Shown here one piece after another: positions 50,694 to 62,500 of a stretch of DNA of 64,000 nucleotides. The notes under the pieces are model-generated. The model was not told the DNA's origin. It made no database searches and worked only from the letters and a program-made list of their open reading frames with translations. The position numbers and the translations under genes are program-made. Source of the DNA: Catajapyx aquilonaris (Eukaryota). The first letter of the stretch is position 1. Each line of letters opens with the position of its first letter. The stretch is from NCBI GenBank assembly GCA_000934665.2, contig KZ538093.1:1-64000 (forward strand), in the 5' to 3' direction.

Positions 50694-50721
50694 CTTTCTC
50701 CATCGGACACTCGGCCTCCAT
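50694..50721 (-). CDS. Candidate alternative first coding exon (MEAECPMEK|D)
   Basis: cacaaATGG start, 9 codons + 1 nt, strong donor AAG|gtaagg, phase 1, CpG-rich surroundings. Confidence 0.3.
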
Positions 50722-53397
50722 TTGTGTCAACCGTTTGTCCGGAAGTGACGTTGGTTGGCACGTGGCTTAAGGTGTAGTTATCGCGTTTTTCCCCCCTCGG
50801 AAGATTTATAGCGAGACAAATGAAGCGCGGGTAATCTGACAGGCCAGACTGGGGGATTATTGTTGAAGGGTTGCAGAATTTCTGCATTGTCCTCTAGGCT
50901 CAAGGTTATCAGAGCCGTAGTAATTCCTTGTTGTTGAGGACAGAAAGGATTGCGACTTGTCTGCCAGATAAGAGTTAGCGGATATCTAGTGTTCATTTGG
51001 CATATTAGGATAGCAATTAAAATGATTTCTAATAGGTCCTCATCAGTGCAAATACCGGTAGCACAGACAGTTGTATAATTGGGAGGGGATTTAGTCACTG
51101 AAGGCGTGTAATTTACGACTGTAGCTAAGCCACGGGGAAGGTGAATGTTTCCAGTTGTGCCTGTTGCCTTATCGTTGCAATATATTTAGGATTCGACTTG
51201 GGATTTGATAAGCTAACCGAGAGTTTGGAGGGGGATATAAAGCAACATGTTTGCTTTCGGCAGTTATTTGCCCTGATGTATTTACAAATGTTATCGGTGA
51301 TAAGCTGGAAAAAAAATTTCATTCAAGTTGTGATCATTTATAACCTACTTTCAGAACAAAATGAGAGTACCAGGAAGTATAAGTCAATGTCAAGCGTGTT
51401 ATGTTGCGTACGTGAAGCAAATGAGCGCAAGTGAATAATTAGTAGTTGCGTTGAATGAGTAAATCCTGGGTGGTATTTTTATGGACTTCCATAACCTATC
51501 TGGAGCATCATGTGGCCTTCCTGTGCATGAGGAACGATGTGCTTTTGCAACCGGGATTACTACAGATATTTATTCAAAATACTTATGGAGACTTATACAC
51601 TACTATAGTATAAAATTTTCATATATACATCCGTAAAATATTCTGGATCACCCTATTCACAATTCAGCATTTCATTAATTAATTCGCTAGTTAATTTTTC
51701 TATTCCATTGAATTACCACTGTGTTCAAGGTCCTTCACTGCTTAATTCCACAAATATTGATATTTCCATGATATGCACAACATTTCCATATTGAGTATGT
51801 GAGCAAAGAATGGAGCCTGGGAAATGCACCCTTTTTTTTGTCCACTCTTCACAATCAGGCTCTTGTTACATAGTTGCTGGCATTGAGCACGTCACTTCCT
51901 GAAACTATTACAGGCTATAAAGCAGAAGCTGTCCCCGGTAGCTGTTTGGTTCAAGTGTGTGTATCCCATCCTAATCGCTTATTGTCGGTGATGTCATCGT
52001 TACAGGAATTTTTCCGCTTGGCTTGGTACAGTACACCATTCTAAAAACCTGAGCCCGAGATTACAATCGCTCATATGCTGCTTATTAAGTGCTTGTTCCT
52101 CCCATGAATTTTGCGTATAAGGAGGCAACACGCTCGATTAATATTAGTCTCAGGGTCATTAGTTGTCGGTTCGACCAAAATGATCTCACATAATGAAGTG
52201 AATGGCTGCGTGGATCGGACAGGAAAACAGTACTGTTGAACGAAGGCCGAAAGTGTAGCGTGTGTGCGTGACTGCAATACCTTTTGGCAAGGCACAACTA
52301 ATAGGAGTGACCCACAAGATTCCTAAGCTAATTGTACCATTTTACTTCAATAATGTCGTATAATACGCGCTATTACAAATTGAAGGCTTCATTATTTCAT
52401 TAATATGAACACAATTGGTAACACGAACAGTAACGTGTACAAAAAGGTGAAAATTGCGATTCACTTGTACACTGTACATGTGCAGTACAAATTCGCGTCA
52501 ATATTGCACTGATGTATTTTAGTCATATCCTGAACCTTTTGCTGAGGCTCATTAGTCGTCTCCCCTAGCTCCCCATGCTGGGAATTTTCCAAATCATTCA
52601 CTCTGTGACAGCTGTTTCACAGTCGATGTCCTGCATAATTGCAGAGATTTTTCTCACACAGCAATCAATATATTGGCTTGCTAATCAGTGACGATAAATG
52701 TATTCGGGATGTTTTTTTGGATACACCTTGCCCTCATGAACTCTAGACAGAAAAAAAATGCCATCTGTTGCCAAAAAGCATGTTCCACCGCCTCCAAGCA
52801 TGTCATCTTGCAATAATTCATTGGTAAGCCTTGTTTTCAAACAAGCTGTGAATGAAAACGACCGGAAGTGTCTCCTCTCAACCGCAACAATTTTTTTTAT
52901 TCCTGTATACCCTATAAAGGTGCGGGAATTTTAATTGGCAAGAAAATCCTGAGAGGAAGAACGAGACTCCTACGCATCTACGGTATCTATCTCGCCTTGA
53001 CTTCCCCGTTGGGTTACCAAGGTGGACCAGACGGAGGAGCCAAAAAATGAATGGGCGACAATAGGTTTGGGCTTCGTCCAAATCAGTGCTTAGGCGAAGG
53101 GTTAGTCACTTTATCAATAGCACCTGCAACAATAGTCCTTCAAAATTGAACTGCACCACCATTTACCACAAGGCTACCACTTCCTCATCGTATCATGTAA
53201 TCATATTGATGATTGAAGACACTCGTTCAAAGAGAACTTAAGACCAGAAGCCCATATAATATATTTCAACTCCAAGGCGTGGCAAAAATGTCAGTATTGT
53301 GCTCCCTTGTTGTTTAATAACACCATAAATTTTTATCCCATGCCACCTGGTTTTAGTAGCTCGAGACCATTCTCTACAAGATACAGTACAATAACTA

Positions 53398-53622
53398 CAG
53401 TAAAATCTTAATATAAAGCTCTTCAAGGGACCGCCCAAAAGTAACGTCATAAGCGGGGGAATTCGTTAATATTCGGGATAATTGTCTCTCAGGACCAGGG
53501 AAACCGAGCGGTATATGCGGGAAAGCGTTAAAAGCGGGAAGCGCCATTATGGGGCTGATCAAGGGACCGGAAAGGGGGGGGGGGGGTTAAAAGCGGGAAA
53601 GCGTTATATCGATATTTTACTG
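53398..53622. mobile_element. Tc1/mariner-type MITE
   Basis: TA|cagtaaaatcttaatataaagct ... agcgttatatcgatattttactg|TA; internal repeats of aagcggg and caagggaccg. Confidence 0.7.
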
Positions 53623-54382
53623 TAATTTGAATGACATTCTGTTCACTCGGTCTTCACTCGAAAAGACAGTGACTATTTTATTTGACTAATCAGCTAGGCG
53701 TTACTCAAAGTATGCATGGCAATTCCCCTTAAATAAATTTCTTTGTTGACCTTCGCCAAATATCCTCAGAATATCGCTCACTATATATTTTAGATCGCAA
53801 AATATAAAAATCGGGGTGAGTCACAATCCATTGTCAGACTCACTCTTTGTCGCCATTTTTAAGTATAGATATGACTACTTTTTATAGCCATTGATTGGAA
53901 TCCTCCTATAAGCAGGGGTTTCAACCTATCCGCCACAAAGCCATGTCTTACAAAGAGAGCATCACCCCCATATTGTGTGGGCCGACTTATGGCTGCGCAT
54001 TACGGCAGCCCCGATTATTCTGACCCTCCGGATACCCGAATAAGGTGGTAATGACGCGATTGCACCCGTCATGCACTTTGGACAGAAGTATTAGTGGACG
54101 CCAAAATAGTGGTAGACGAAATGGTTGGCAGGCATGAAAACCCCTCCCAAAAAAGAGTGGGAGTGAACCGCTCGGAGGCTCTGTACAAGGGTTCTTTTAC
54201 ATATATGGTCAGGCAGGGGAAAACCGGTCCCACGTCATGTCCTCTAAATAAATACGGTGGAGGGTAGGAAAAGGTGATGCTGAAGAGAACCGGAGGAAGA
54301 AGATCCTGGGAGAGGAAGAAGAGGAAGCATTTGGGGAAACGGATTCCTGAAAAGGTCTATTGCCGCTCTATTGTGATTAGTG

Positions 54383-54672
54383 CACCGAAGCAGTTTGGAG
54401 AAGGGTGATATGGTGTCCGACTACTAATCGGGAGGTCCTGGGATCAAATCCCGGGGCCGGCAACTCTGACCGTGGTTTTCTGTGGTTTCCCAAGGTCCTT
54501 CCAGGAAAATTCCGGAGTTGCTTCCGTAATTAATAGGCCACAGCCGCTTCCTTCCGTCCCTATTCTATCCCAAAGAGCACAGTAAAATGAAAAAGCAAAG
54601 AGTTCCAGGCAAAACAAACTTCCCCCCTAAAGAGCCGAAAAAGGCTGATAACGGGGTATGGATTATTATTAT
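54383..54672 (+). mobile_element. tRNA-derived SINE with a Nin/Deu-like central domain, (ATT)n tail and perfect 14-bp TSD
   Basis: TSD tattgtgattagtg at 54369-54382 and 54673-54686; B-box-like gggatcaaatccc; central gtggttttctgtggtttccc...ccagg...taggccacagccgcttccttcc (family assignment from memory); tail ggattattattatt. Confidence 0.8.
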
Positions 54673-57081
54673 TATTGTGATTAGTGTGGGTTTTAACAAA
54701 AATCCATGTGCAACCGTACATGATTTTCACTATTTAGGCATGTCAGATACATTTCCACCATAGAATACCAGCTACGTTAGATTAGTTTTGAAACTACTAT
54801 TTTAGAAGGTTACTAACCCTTGCAGAGAGTGGAAGGAAGTATATAAGCGAGTCCCATTGCGATACCTACGATTCGACACTGATCATAAACCTGAAAGTGT
54901 GAAGGGGTAGCACCTACCATTACACAGCATTATTAAATCCTAATCATTTCCCAAATAACGAAATGGCAAAGGGCACGTGACACAAAAAACGGAATCAAAA
55001 GAACCAGCAGAATTCGTCTCAATTTTATGGTAGTTCGTTCCGTAGCCCATAGCAACTGGAGTGACAGCGCAGGAAAATATGTCCCAATAGTGTCATTAGC
55101 TGTGATAAGGAGGAGAATGGGGAAGGTGTTAGTCTCTTTCCATGTCGGCATAAATTTCACACTCATCTACCAGAATAGCGAGAAATAGGGTGAAAATACG
55201 ACTATAAAAATGCGAGAGAGCTGGGAGAAATATTCGTTATTTCCGAATCGACTGCTTTCATTTCCTATATACGCGCCCTAGATTCCGATATACGTAAGAC
55301 ACTATCGGTTGCATATAGAAGTTACGAGTCGTACGTTTCAAAAGAAAACTGATGATATATCTATGCATCGGAAGTGTTGAGTGAGTGTTTATGAATTAAA
55401 CCATACCCTTTGATCTTGGAGTCTTTGCTGACTTGTGCTACGTCTGCACACCTTTCAGGGCCAACTTAAGTAAGCACACGATAGTCATAATTTGCCTAGT
55501 TGACATCTCGATGGTCGTGGCAGCCAATCAAAACTGCATGCTCAGTAGGAAAACTGCCAATTACTATTATTAAAACAGGTTAGAAAATTCAGTTGGAGTG
55601 TCCTTTCTCAACAGATTGTAATGTCTAACAGTAGCGCAATATGTCTTAGACTTTGGGTAAATTTGTATCGTATCGTAATAGTTGAGCCTCTGAATCATGT
55701 CGCCACAAACGTGTCAGAACAAATACAATCGTAAAATTGACTATATAAGTAGGTGTTTCCAAACAAGATCATTCTCGTCACGTTCGTCGTATTCTACTTT
55801 GTCTCAATTACGATTTGAATTGCGAGCTTCATTGAGATCACGATAACATCACCACCAATCAAAACAACAAATCGATTTTTTACTGCATTTTATGGGGCCA
55901 AGAAAAAATATGATACGATGTAAGTTCAGTGTACTGTACTGCATATTGGGCGTGTCCTGTAACAAAATGGACATATTTGTAACGGAATAGTATTACGCAA
56001 GGGGGTTTGCAAGGTCTAGGATCATTGTCTGGCTAACAGCTTCGGGCAAGGACTTTTCGAATATTGGCGCGCGACCTCTCAGTAATTATAGTGCACATTC
56101 AAAAGAAAAAATCCTCAACTTTTACCTTTGAGTATCACTCAGCTGAACAATTGCACATATCCATTATTAGTTATTATGCAACTGTCCATTCGTAAAAATA
56201 TATGGCCTAAACAATACCCAGTCATAATGGCGTAGACAATACCCTTTCACAAAACATATGTGTGCAACCTTCACACATTAACACCAGTAACGATCAGCAA
56301 CCTTTGACTTACCATATACAGTAGACTACAGTAGTTCACATGATGAATTTCTAGCAACCTCAATAAACTTTTGTCAGAGCTGGGGGACAATCAAATCTGT
56401 TGACTTGCTAATTGGATGGACTAAAACATGTCACCATTAGCAGTTGCAATGGCTTCTGATACACCTCCACATCCTGTCGTCCCTATGTCCCGCTTGAACG
56501 ATGGCCTACAAATAGACCTTGGATACAAAAGGACATGGCCAATCAGATACCCGTCAACGCCCACCCCAAAATGGACATGTTAATTCCTAATCAAGATTAA
56601 TCACGATACGTACATGTTCACCGCAAAGTCCGGGAAAAAAAGATGGGGAAACTCTCCGCCAATTCACTGTGAATCATTCATCACATTCAGTATACATCGG
56701 TATACTGTGAATTTTACATGGGATATTATTTTCTTAAATAATTAGGACACCATTTTCGCACCTTTGCTTCCAAGAAAAACATAACACAGCAGAGGCAGAA
56801 TCATTAGTCATGAACCGTCACGTATTCCCTGCAAATTTTTTGCAATGTCTGTACTCTTGTTTAATTAGTCAACTTTTCTCGTGTGTAGTTATTTTCGTCG
56901 CAACCAGAAGTCATTTAATTCAACAAGTTAGAAAGTTGAATAATACGCTTGCATCACCTGCGATGGAATAATAACTCATTTGCATAGTATGTTATTATCC
57001 GGTTTATTTCTGGACTCAGGTTTGCAGTAACACGTAATTGTGTTCCCAACTAGTTCTTCTTTTTTTTTTGGGGGGGGGGGG

Positions 57082-57203
57082 NNNNNNNNNNNNNNNNNNN
57101 NNNNNNNNNNNNNNNNNNNNNNNNNNNNNNNNNNNNNNNNNNNNNNNNNNNNNNNNNNNNNNNNNNNNNNNNNNNNNNNNNNNNNNNNNNNNNNNNNNNN
57201 NNN
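57082..57203. other. Assembly gap (122 N) flanked by poly-G/poly-T/poly-C runs
   Basis: N run. Confidence 0.98.
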
Positions 57204-57724
57204 TTTTTTTTCCCCCCCCCCCCTACACATATCATTGGAAGTCGCTGATTTTTTTTCTTCTAACTCTTCGCCACTTATGCAACTTGTCACGCTTTTAGTA
57301 AAACATATGTGAAGAGAAGCACAGTGACGGGGCTTTTCTGGCAAAACGTGATTTCTTCGTGGCCTTACAAGACGAGGAGAATTGCCTCGTTAGCAAGGTC
57401 CGATCCGTGCATTCACTGCAAATGTTACCCCGCAAGAAGTACGCTTGACCCATTTAAGGTAATGCTCCGGTGTCTTTCTAGCAGTCGGTGAGGGTTTGAT
57501 GAAAACCTTGAGAAGGCGTTTTATACACATGTATAAGAATCATATTTCAGATATGCCTTCAGCTAATTATTGTGATGCAAAACATGTATACATTTCCAAT
57601 AAGCAATATACACAGTTTGAGAAATCCTGGATCACATGATTACAAGCTGTCGAATATGCGTGTCAAAATTATGCAATAAGTGCAATTTGAGTACCAATTT
57701 ACATACATTTAGCACACCATATAC

Positions 57725-57929
57725 CAGTGGTTTCCAACCTGTGGGTCGCCTCCCTCAGGGGGGTCGCGAGCCTTTGTTCAACTTTATTTTTTGTTGCCAT
57801 TTCTGTGTAAATTGAACCATTTTTGCGGCCGTACAGGGTCAGTTGTATAAGGGGCCGGGGGGGGGGGGGCCGCACATTTATGGAAACATGTTTAGGGGGT
57901 CGCAGTTAGTAATAGGTTGGAAACCACTG
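57725..57929. mobile_element. hAT (Charlie-type) MITE
   Basis: TIR cagtggtttccaacct / aggttggaaaccactg; perfect 8-bp TSD ccatatac (57717-57724, 57930-57937). Confidence 0.88.
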
Positions 57930-57948
57930 CCATATACACTCACTAGAC

Positions 57949-58275
57949 TAGGGGTGGGCAAACTACGGCCCGCGAAGACAATTTGTGCGGCCCGCGGAAA
58001 AATTTCGGCATTCCTGAAAATGTTGAAAAATTAAAATTGAAAAAATGTTTTTTTAAATTTATGCGGGCCACTTTCATTGATATATTTAGCTAATTTTAGC
58101 GATTTTCAGAGCCGAATCTAATGATAATTGATGCAATTAATGAAGTTCATTTAAAACGATGGATATATTGTAAACTTTTTTAATAAGTCGAAATTTCTTT
58201 TGTTAGATGCGGCCCATCAATTTTAAAACAAATTGTCTATGCGGCCCACGGAGAAAAAAGTTTGCCCAACCCCTG
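57949..58275. mobile_element. Second hAT (Charlie-type) MITE, different family
   Basis: taggggtgggcaaact / agtttgcccaacccctg; subterminal gcggccc repeats; flanks cactagac / cactagct (imperfect 8-bp TSD). Confidence 0.8.
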
Positions 58276-59201
58276 CACTAGCTAGACCAATAATATTATT
58301 ATCTGCCATGCCCTCAACGTGAAAAGACCTCACAAGGCGAATATCGTGCTTCAACAATATTTTACCGGTGTCACTTTCGCACAAAAAATGTCTCCACATT
58401 TTGAGAAGAATCACCCGTATGTGACAACCGTACTTAGTTTATAGCTTTCCCAACCTCCAAAAAAAGCTGAAAATTATGTGTCACTGATTATGAGTGGGCA
58501 GAGATCACATTAGGGCTACATGTCTGCTCCACAATAGATGCAATTAAGGGCAACCTGCTAATATATGCCATAATACTGCAACATATCAGGCAATAATGTA
58601 CTCAGGTGAGGTGGGGGACAAGAGGTACGGAGGGGGTCGCTCAAAAGTGCCGCGTCGATACATAAACTGCCACCAGCAGTATAACTTAAATAACCAGTTT
58701 CTCGAAGGGAAAAAGAGTAAAAAAAAAAAAAAAACCTTGAGGGCTGCAAAATGGCCAAGTCCGTGCAAATTGTGAGACTACCGCACAAATTTTGGTTCGT
58801 CACGAACACAAGTATGTAATATATTCCCTAGTTAGAACTGGACGAACACGTGTGGATGACCGCTGCTCACGCAACCGACGCCCTGTATGACATTTTAGAG
58901 GAGGTTCCAAGGGTGCACGTACAAGATGAAGCAAAAGTCAAGATGCCAAACTATTTATCATTTTTTGGGGTGGTAATGATGCACTTGATAGTTGCAAACT
59001 CTGACCTCATTTAATGAATGACGTCACGCGAATAGAGCTGACATGAAAAGTTATTTGCATGTACTCAACACTCCTGGAAACACCACACAAAAACCTCAAT
59101 ATTATTATAAAGAATATTATTTAAAACGTGAAATCAATTCGACTGTAAATTATTGTCCTGGTCCCCCAAAAAGGGTTATGCCCTCGTAAATGGTAACATA
59201 A

Positions 59202-59511
59202 TCTTCTGTATAAATAAAGTCGTTTGTGAGTCAGTCTGTCTGTCTCTCTGTCTGTCTGTCCGCCGGCCAACCGTCATTTGCCTGCCATCTGTGCTCCACC
59301 CCCAGGCCGGGAGAGGATGGAGGTGTTGGGGTTGACTACAGATGGTAGGCAAATGACGGTTGCCGTTATACAGGCGGGAGCGGTTGGAGTAGCAGGACCA
59401 CAGATGGCATTGGTGGGCGGACACACAGAAAGACAGACAGTTGACGGGGGTACTGGCAGGTGTTTTCCCTTCATTCATTTCTTCCCGGGCAACGCCGGGT
59501 GCCGCAGCTAG
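59202..59511 (+). mobile_element. Non-autonomous mini-Helitron (310 bp)
   Basis: A|TC 5' end (tcttctgtataaataaag), (ctgt)n microsatellite, subterminal hairpin cccgggcaacgccggg, 3' CTAG|T, no TSD. Confidence 0.8.
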
Positions 59512-62500
59512 TAAATAAATAAATAAATAATCATTGTCCTGTACCATCATCATCAACAATCATTGCCACATAAACTACCGTGATACCTTTAATAACCACT
59601 ACAACTATGCTTAAGATAATCAGATTAGTTCCAAAAATCGCTAAAATCATTTAATTGGATCACCCTGTGTATTCTTTTCATGTATCTCGCCAGAAGCAAC
59701 AATGCAACTTCCAGCTTATTAGATTAGCCATTAGCGCCACACTTTTCAAGCCGCATCAGTCAAGCGAAACAATTTCAATAAGTCACCCGCCTCTTCCAGA
59801 TTTTTCGACTCACCTTGTAAGTCCATTAATTTTTACGCTTTGAGAAGAACAGCTTGAAAAAAAAAGATGCCTACAGGTATGTTGCTGAAGGGTCATCTGT
59901 ACTTGTCACCGAACCCTGATGGCCCCTGCAGTGGTGGATAGAAAGTGGAACGCATTAACCACCACCCCCCTCCACCTCTCTCATGGTCCTCAAAAGAACA
60001 CCTGAGTCTTTTTTTAAGCCAAAGAAAAAAAAGACGAAGAAGAGGACCAATTAAAGCAGCAGAGTCCGTGGAGAAGCACCCTTCTACTAATTGCTTTCCT
60101 CGGCTGCCAATTACCATTGGACAAACGGAAAAGGTAAGGAGTACGTATGTCACCGCAGATTAATCCTCATATCCAATTGAACCCACCCCACTCTCACCTG
60201 TTGGGTGTCCCCGACCTTCCCACCTCTTAGCCTACTTTTCCGAGGATAAGTGCACTGTTAAAAAACAGCTTGGAATTTCACAATACGTGACCACCGATTC
60301 TAAGCTGTGACTCATACATTGTGTATGTCTCGTACTACTAATTACATGGCGCACTCGTATAATGGCTACTGCATGGGAATGAGAACCTTCGTAAATATGG
60401 ACATATGGACGTATTATTCTATGGGTGGAGCCTACAGCTTGAGATGTACTGTACAAGATAGCGGTTATGTAGTTGGTGTAATGAGCTGCTACTGATATTT
60501 ATTATTATTTTTAAGGGATTTGTGGTGGAGAGTAATTATTATAATTAATAATTGAGCTGTCATTAAAATATTGCTTCATGATACAATATTAAGGAGTTAG
60601 CGATGACCACTCACATTCTCCTACATCAGCATATTTGCATATTGTATTTTCACATTTTTCCACGAGGAAGTCATAACAATGATAACTTGTGCAATAACTT
60701 GTATTTTACGTATAACTTGATTGACTAACTCAGGAAGCTGATGAAGTGATGATGATAGGAGCAGTAGGAGAAGATACGAGAATTCTTAACTTGATGAACA
60801 GTTAGTGACTTGTATGTAAAAAAGTTGTGGCCTCTTTATGCATCCTAATCGTTATTGACCTGTTAATTAAATGCAAGTAAAGAAGTGTTGCATACAGTTT
60901 ACTCATGCACATATGTTTACACATGACCATAATTGAGACTTGGCCATGTGACAAAAGCCAGAGAAATGCCATCGCATCTGTAATGTGCTACGGTCATTAA
61001 GACGTTTGCTTAAGCTTTGATCTATTAATAGTTCAATGATGAGATTTTAAAGCCGATGCTGTTGAAACGTGCCATAGGAAAAAAAATATCATTTCAACGT
61101 CTTCAGGTTAGTGAACTGAGTCCACTTGCATATTTTGTTAGCAGAAACACGCCACGGTTCCGTATATGGTGCTTTAGGCATGTTGCTGTTACTTTTACCC
61201 CCATATCGGATTTTCAAACATACATTAAAATTTGCATTTTAAAAACGTCAAACAAGTTAAACAACCATTCCACTCTCCCCAATGGCTATACAGGATGGTC
61301 CCCGATTCCCAGTTGAAGAAGTCACTGATTGTTCACTCCAGCAATCAGTATACACTCTAGCAAGAAATCAAGGCCATATTCATCTGCCATGATTGCCAGT
61401 TGTGCGAGTAATCAATCCACAAGTTCTATACCCCCACCTCTCAAACAGTGGACACTAAAAATGCACCACCCTTCTTACAACATGTTAACATACATGTACA
61501 GCAGCATTAACCCATTTGCATAATACCAATCACCGTACATTATAATCGCACATTATTTCGTTATGTATACACTGCTTATTTGTACCAATAATAACATGTC
61601 TGTGGCGCCAACACCATTGAAAGGGTGGGTATTACAAATGGAATGAGATGAAGGTCTGGGTAGAGTTGCTGAGGATTTCAGTGGGAGACAGATAATTTTA
61701 TACGGGTTTGAATAGTAGGCTAAGGCTACCGACAGCCCTTTATGTTCACGACTAATTTCATCACGCCTTCGTGTGTTTTTTTTATGCGGCATTAAAAACC
61801 TCACCAGCCCACATACACCTGTTAACCAAGACGTACTATTAGAGATAATAAACCTATTATAACGTACCAAAGTGAAAGAGGAAGAAAAAAAAAAATCTCC
61901 GGAAATTAAACGTATGGAATATTCTAAGAAGCCTGGTCGAACAGGCCATGCGATCAAGGCAGATTAGATGGTTGGACGGTTTAATTCGCAAGACATTCTA
62001 GATTTGAAACTCCTGAATACATATGCTAGGTTCGGATAAGTATTCATTACATCGTTATGACGCAAATGAAGCAAACTGGTTCAGCTGGAAATGAACTTTT
62101 GTCTACGTTGTTTTGTTAAGCGAGGCGGGCAAATGAAAGGCTTGGTTCGACACCCTTTTGATAAAATATTTAGTAGAACATAAACAACCAATAAATGAGA
62201 CAGCATGATGTAATATGGGTTGAGGTAATTTCGAATCCGCTAGGAATGAATGTATGAGAAGTGAGTTGTGAGTGACAAGAACTATTAGGGAGATAGCGGT
62301 GTTAGATTGTAACTATATGTAACTTACCCTGCTTATTAGAGGTCACGCAATGAAATTCATAAAAATGGCTTTGTTTTCATATATTTTTCAATTATCGTAA
62401 TAAAGGGGCAAATTTGGGTCTGCTTGCATAAATTCGTCCAAAACTGAAAATAAAACCTTCCGGAAGAGGACTCCCGGATCCCCTTCTATAACTTCCAGGG

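Noticed and set aside
53913..54148. Possible degenerate hAT MITE (caggggtttcaacct ... aggcatgaaaacccctc)
   Set aside because: Termini too diverged and no TSD found.
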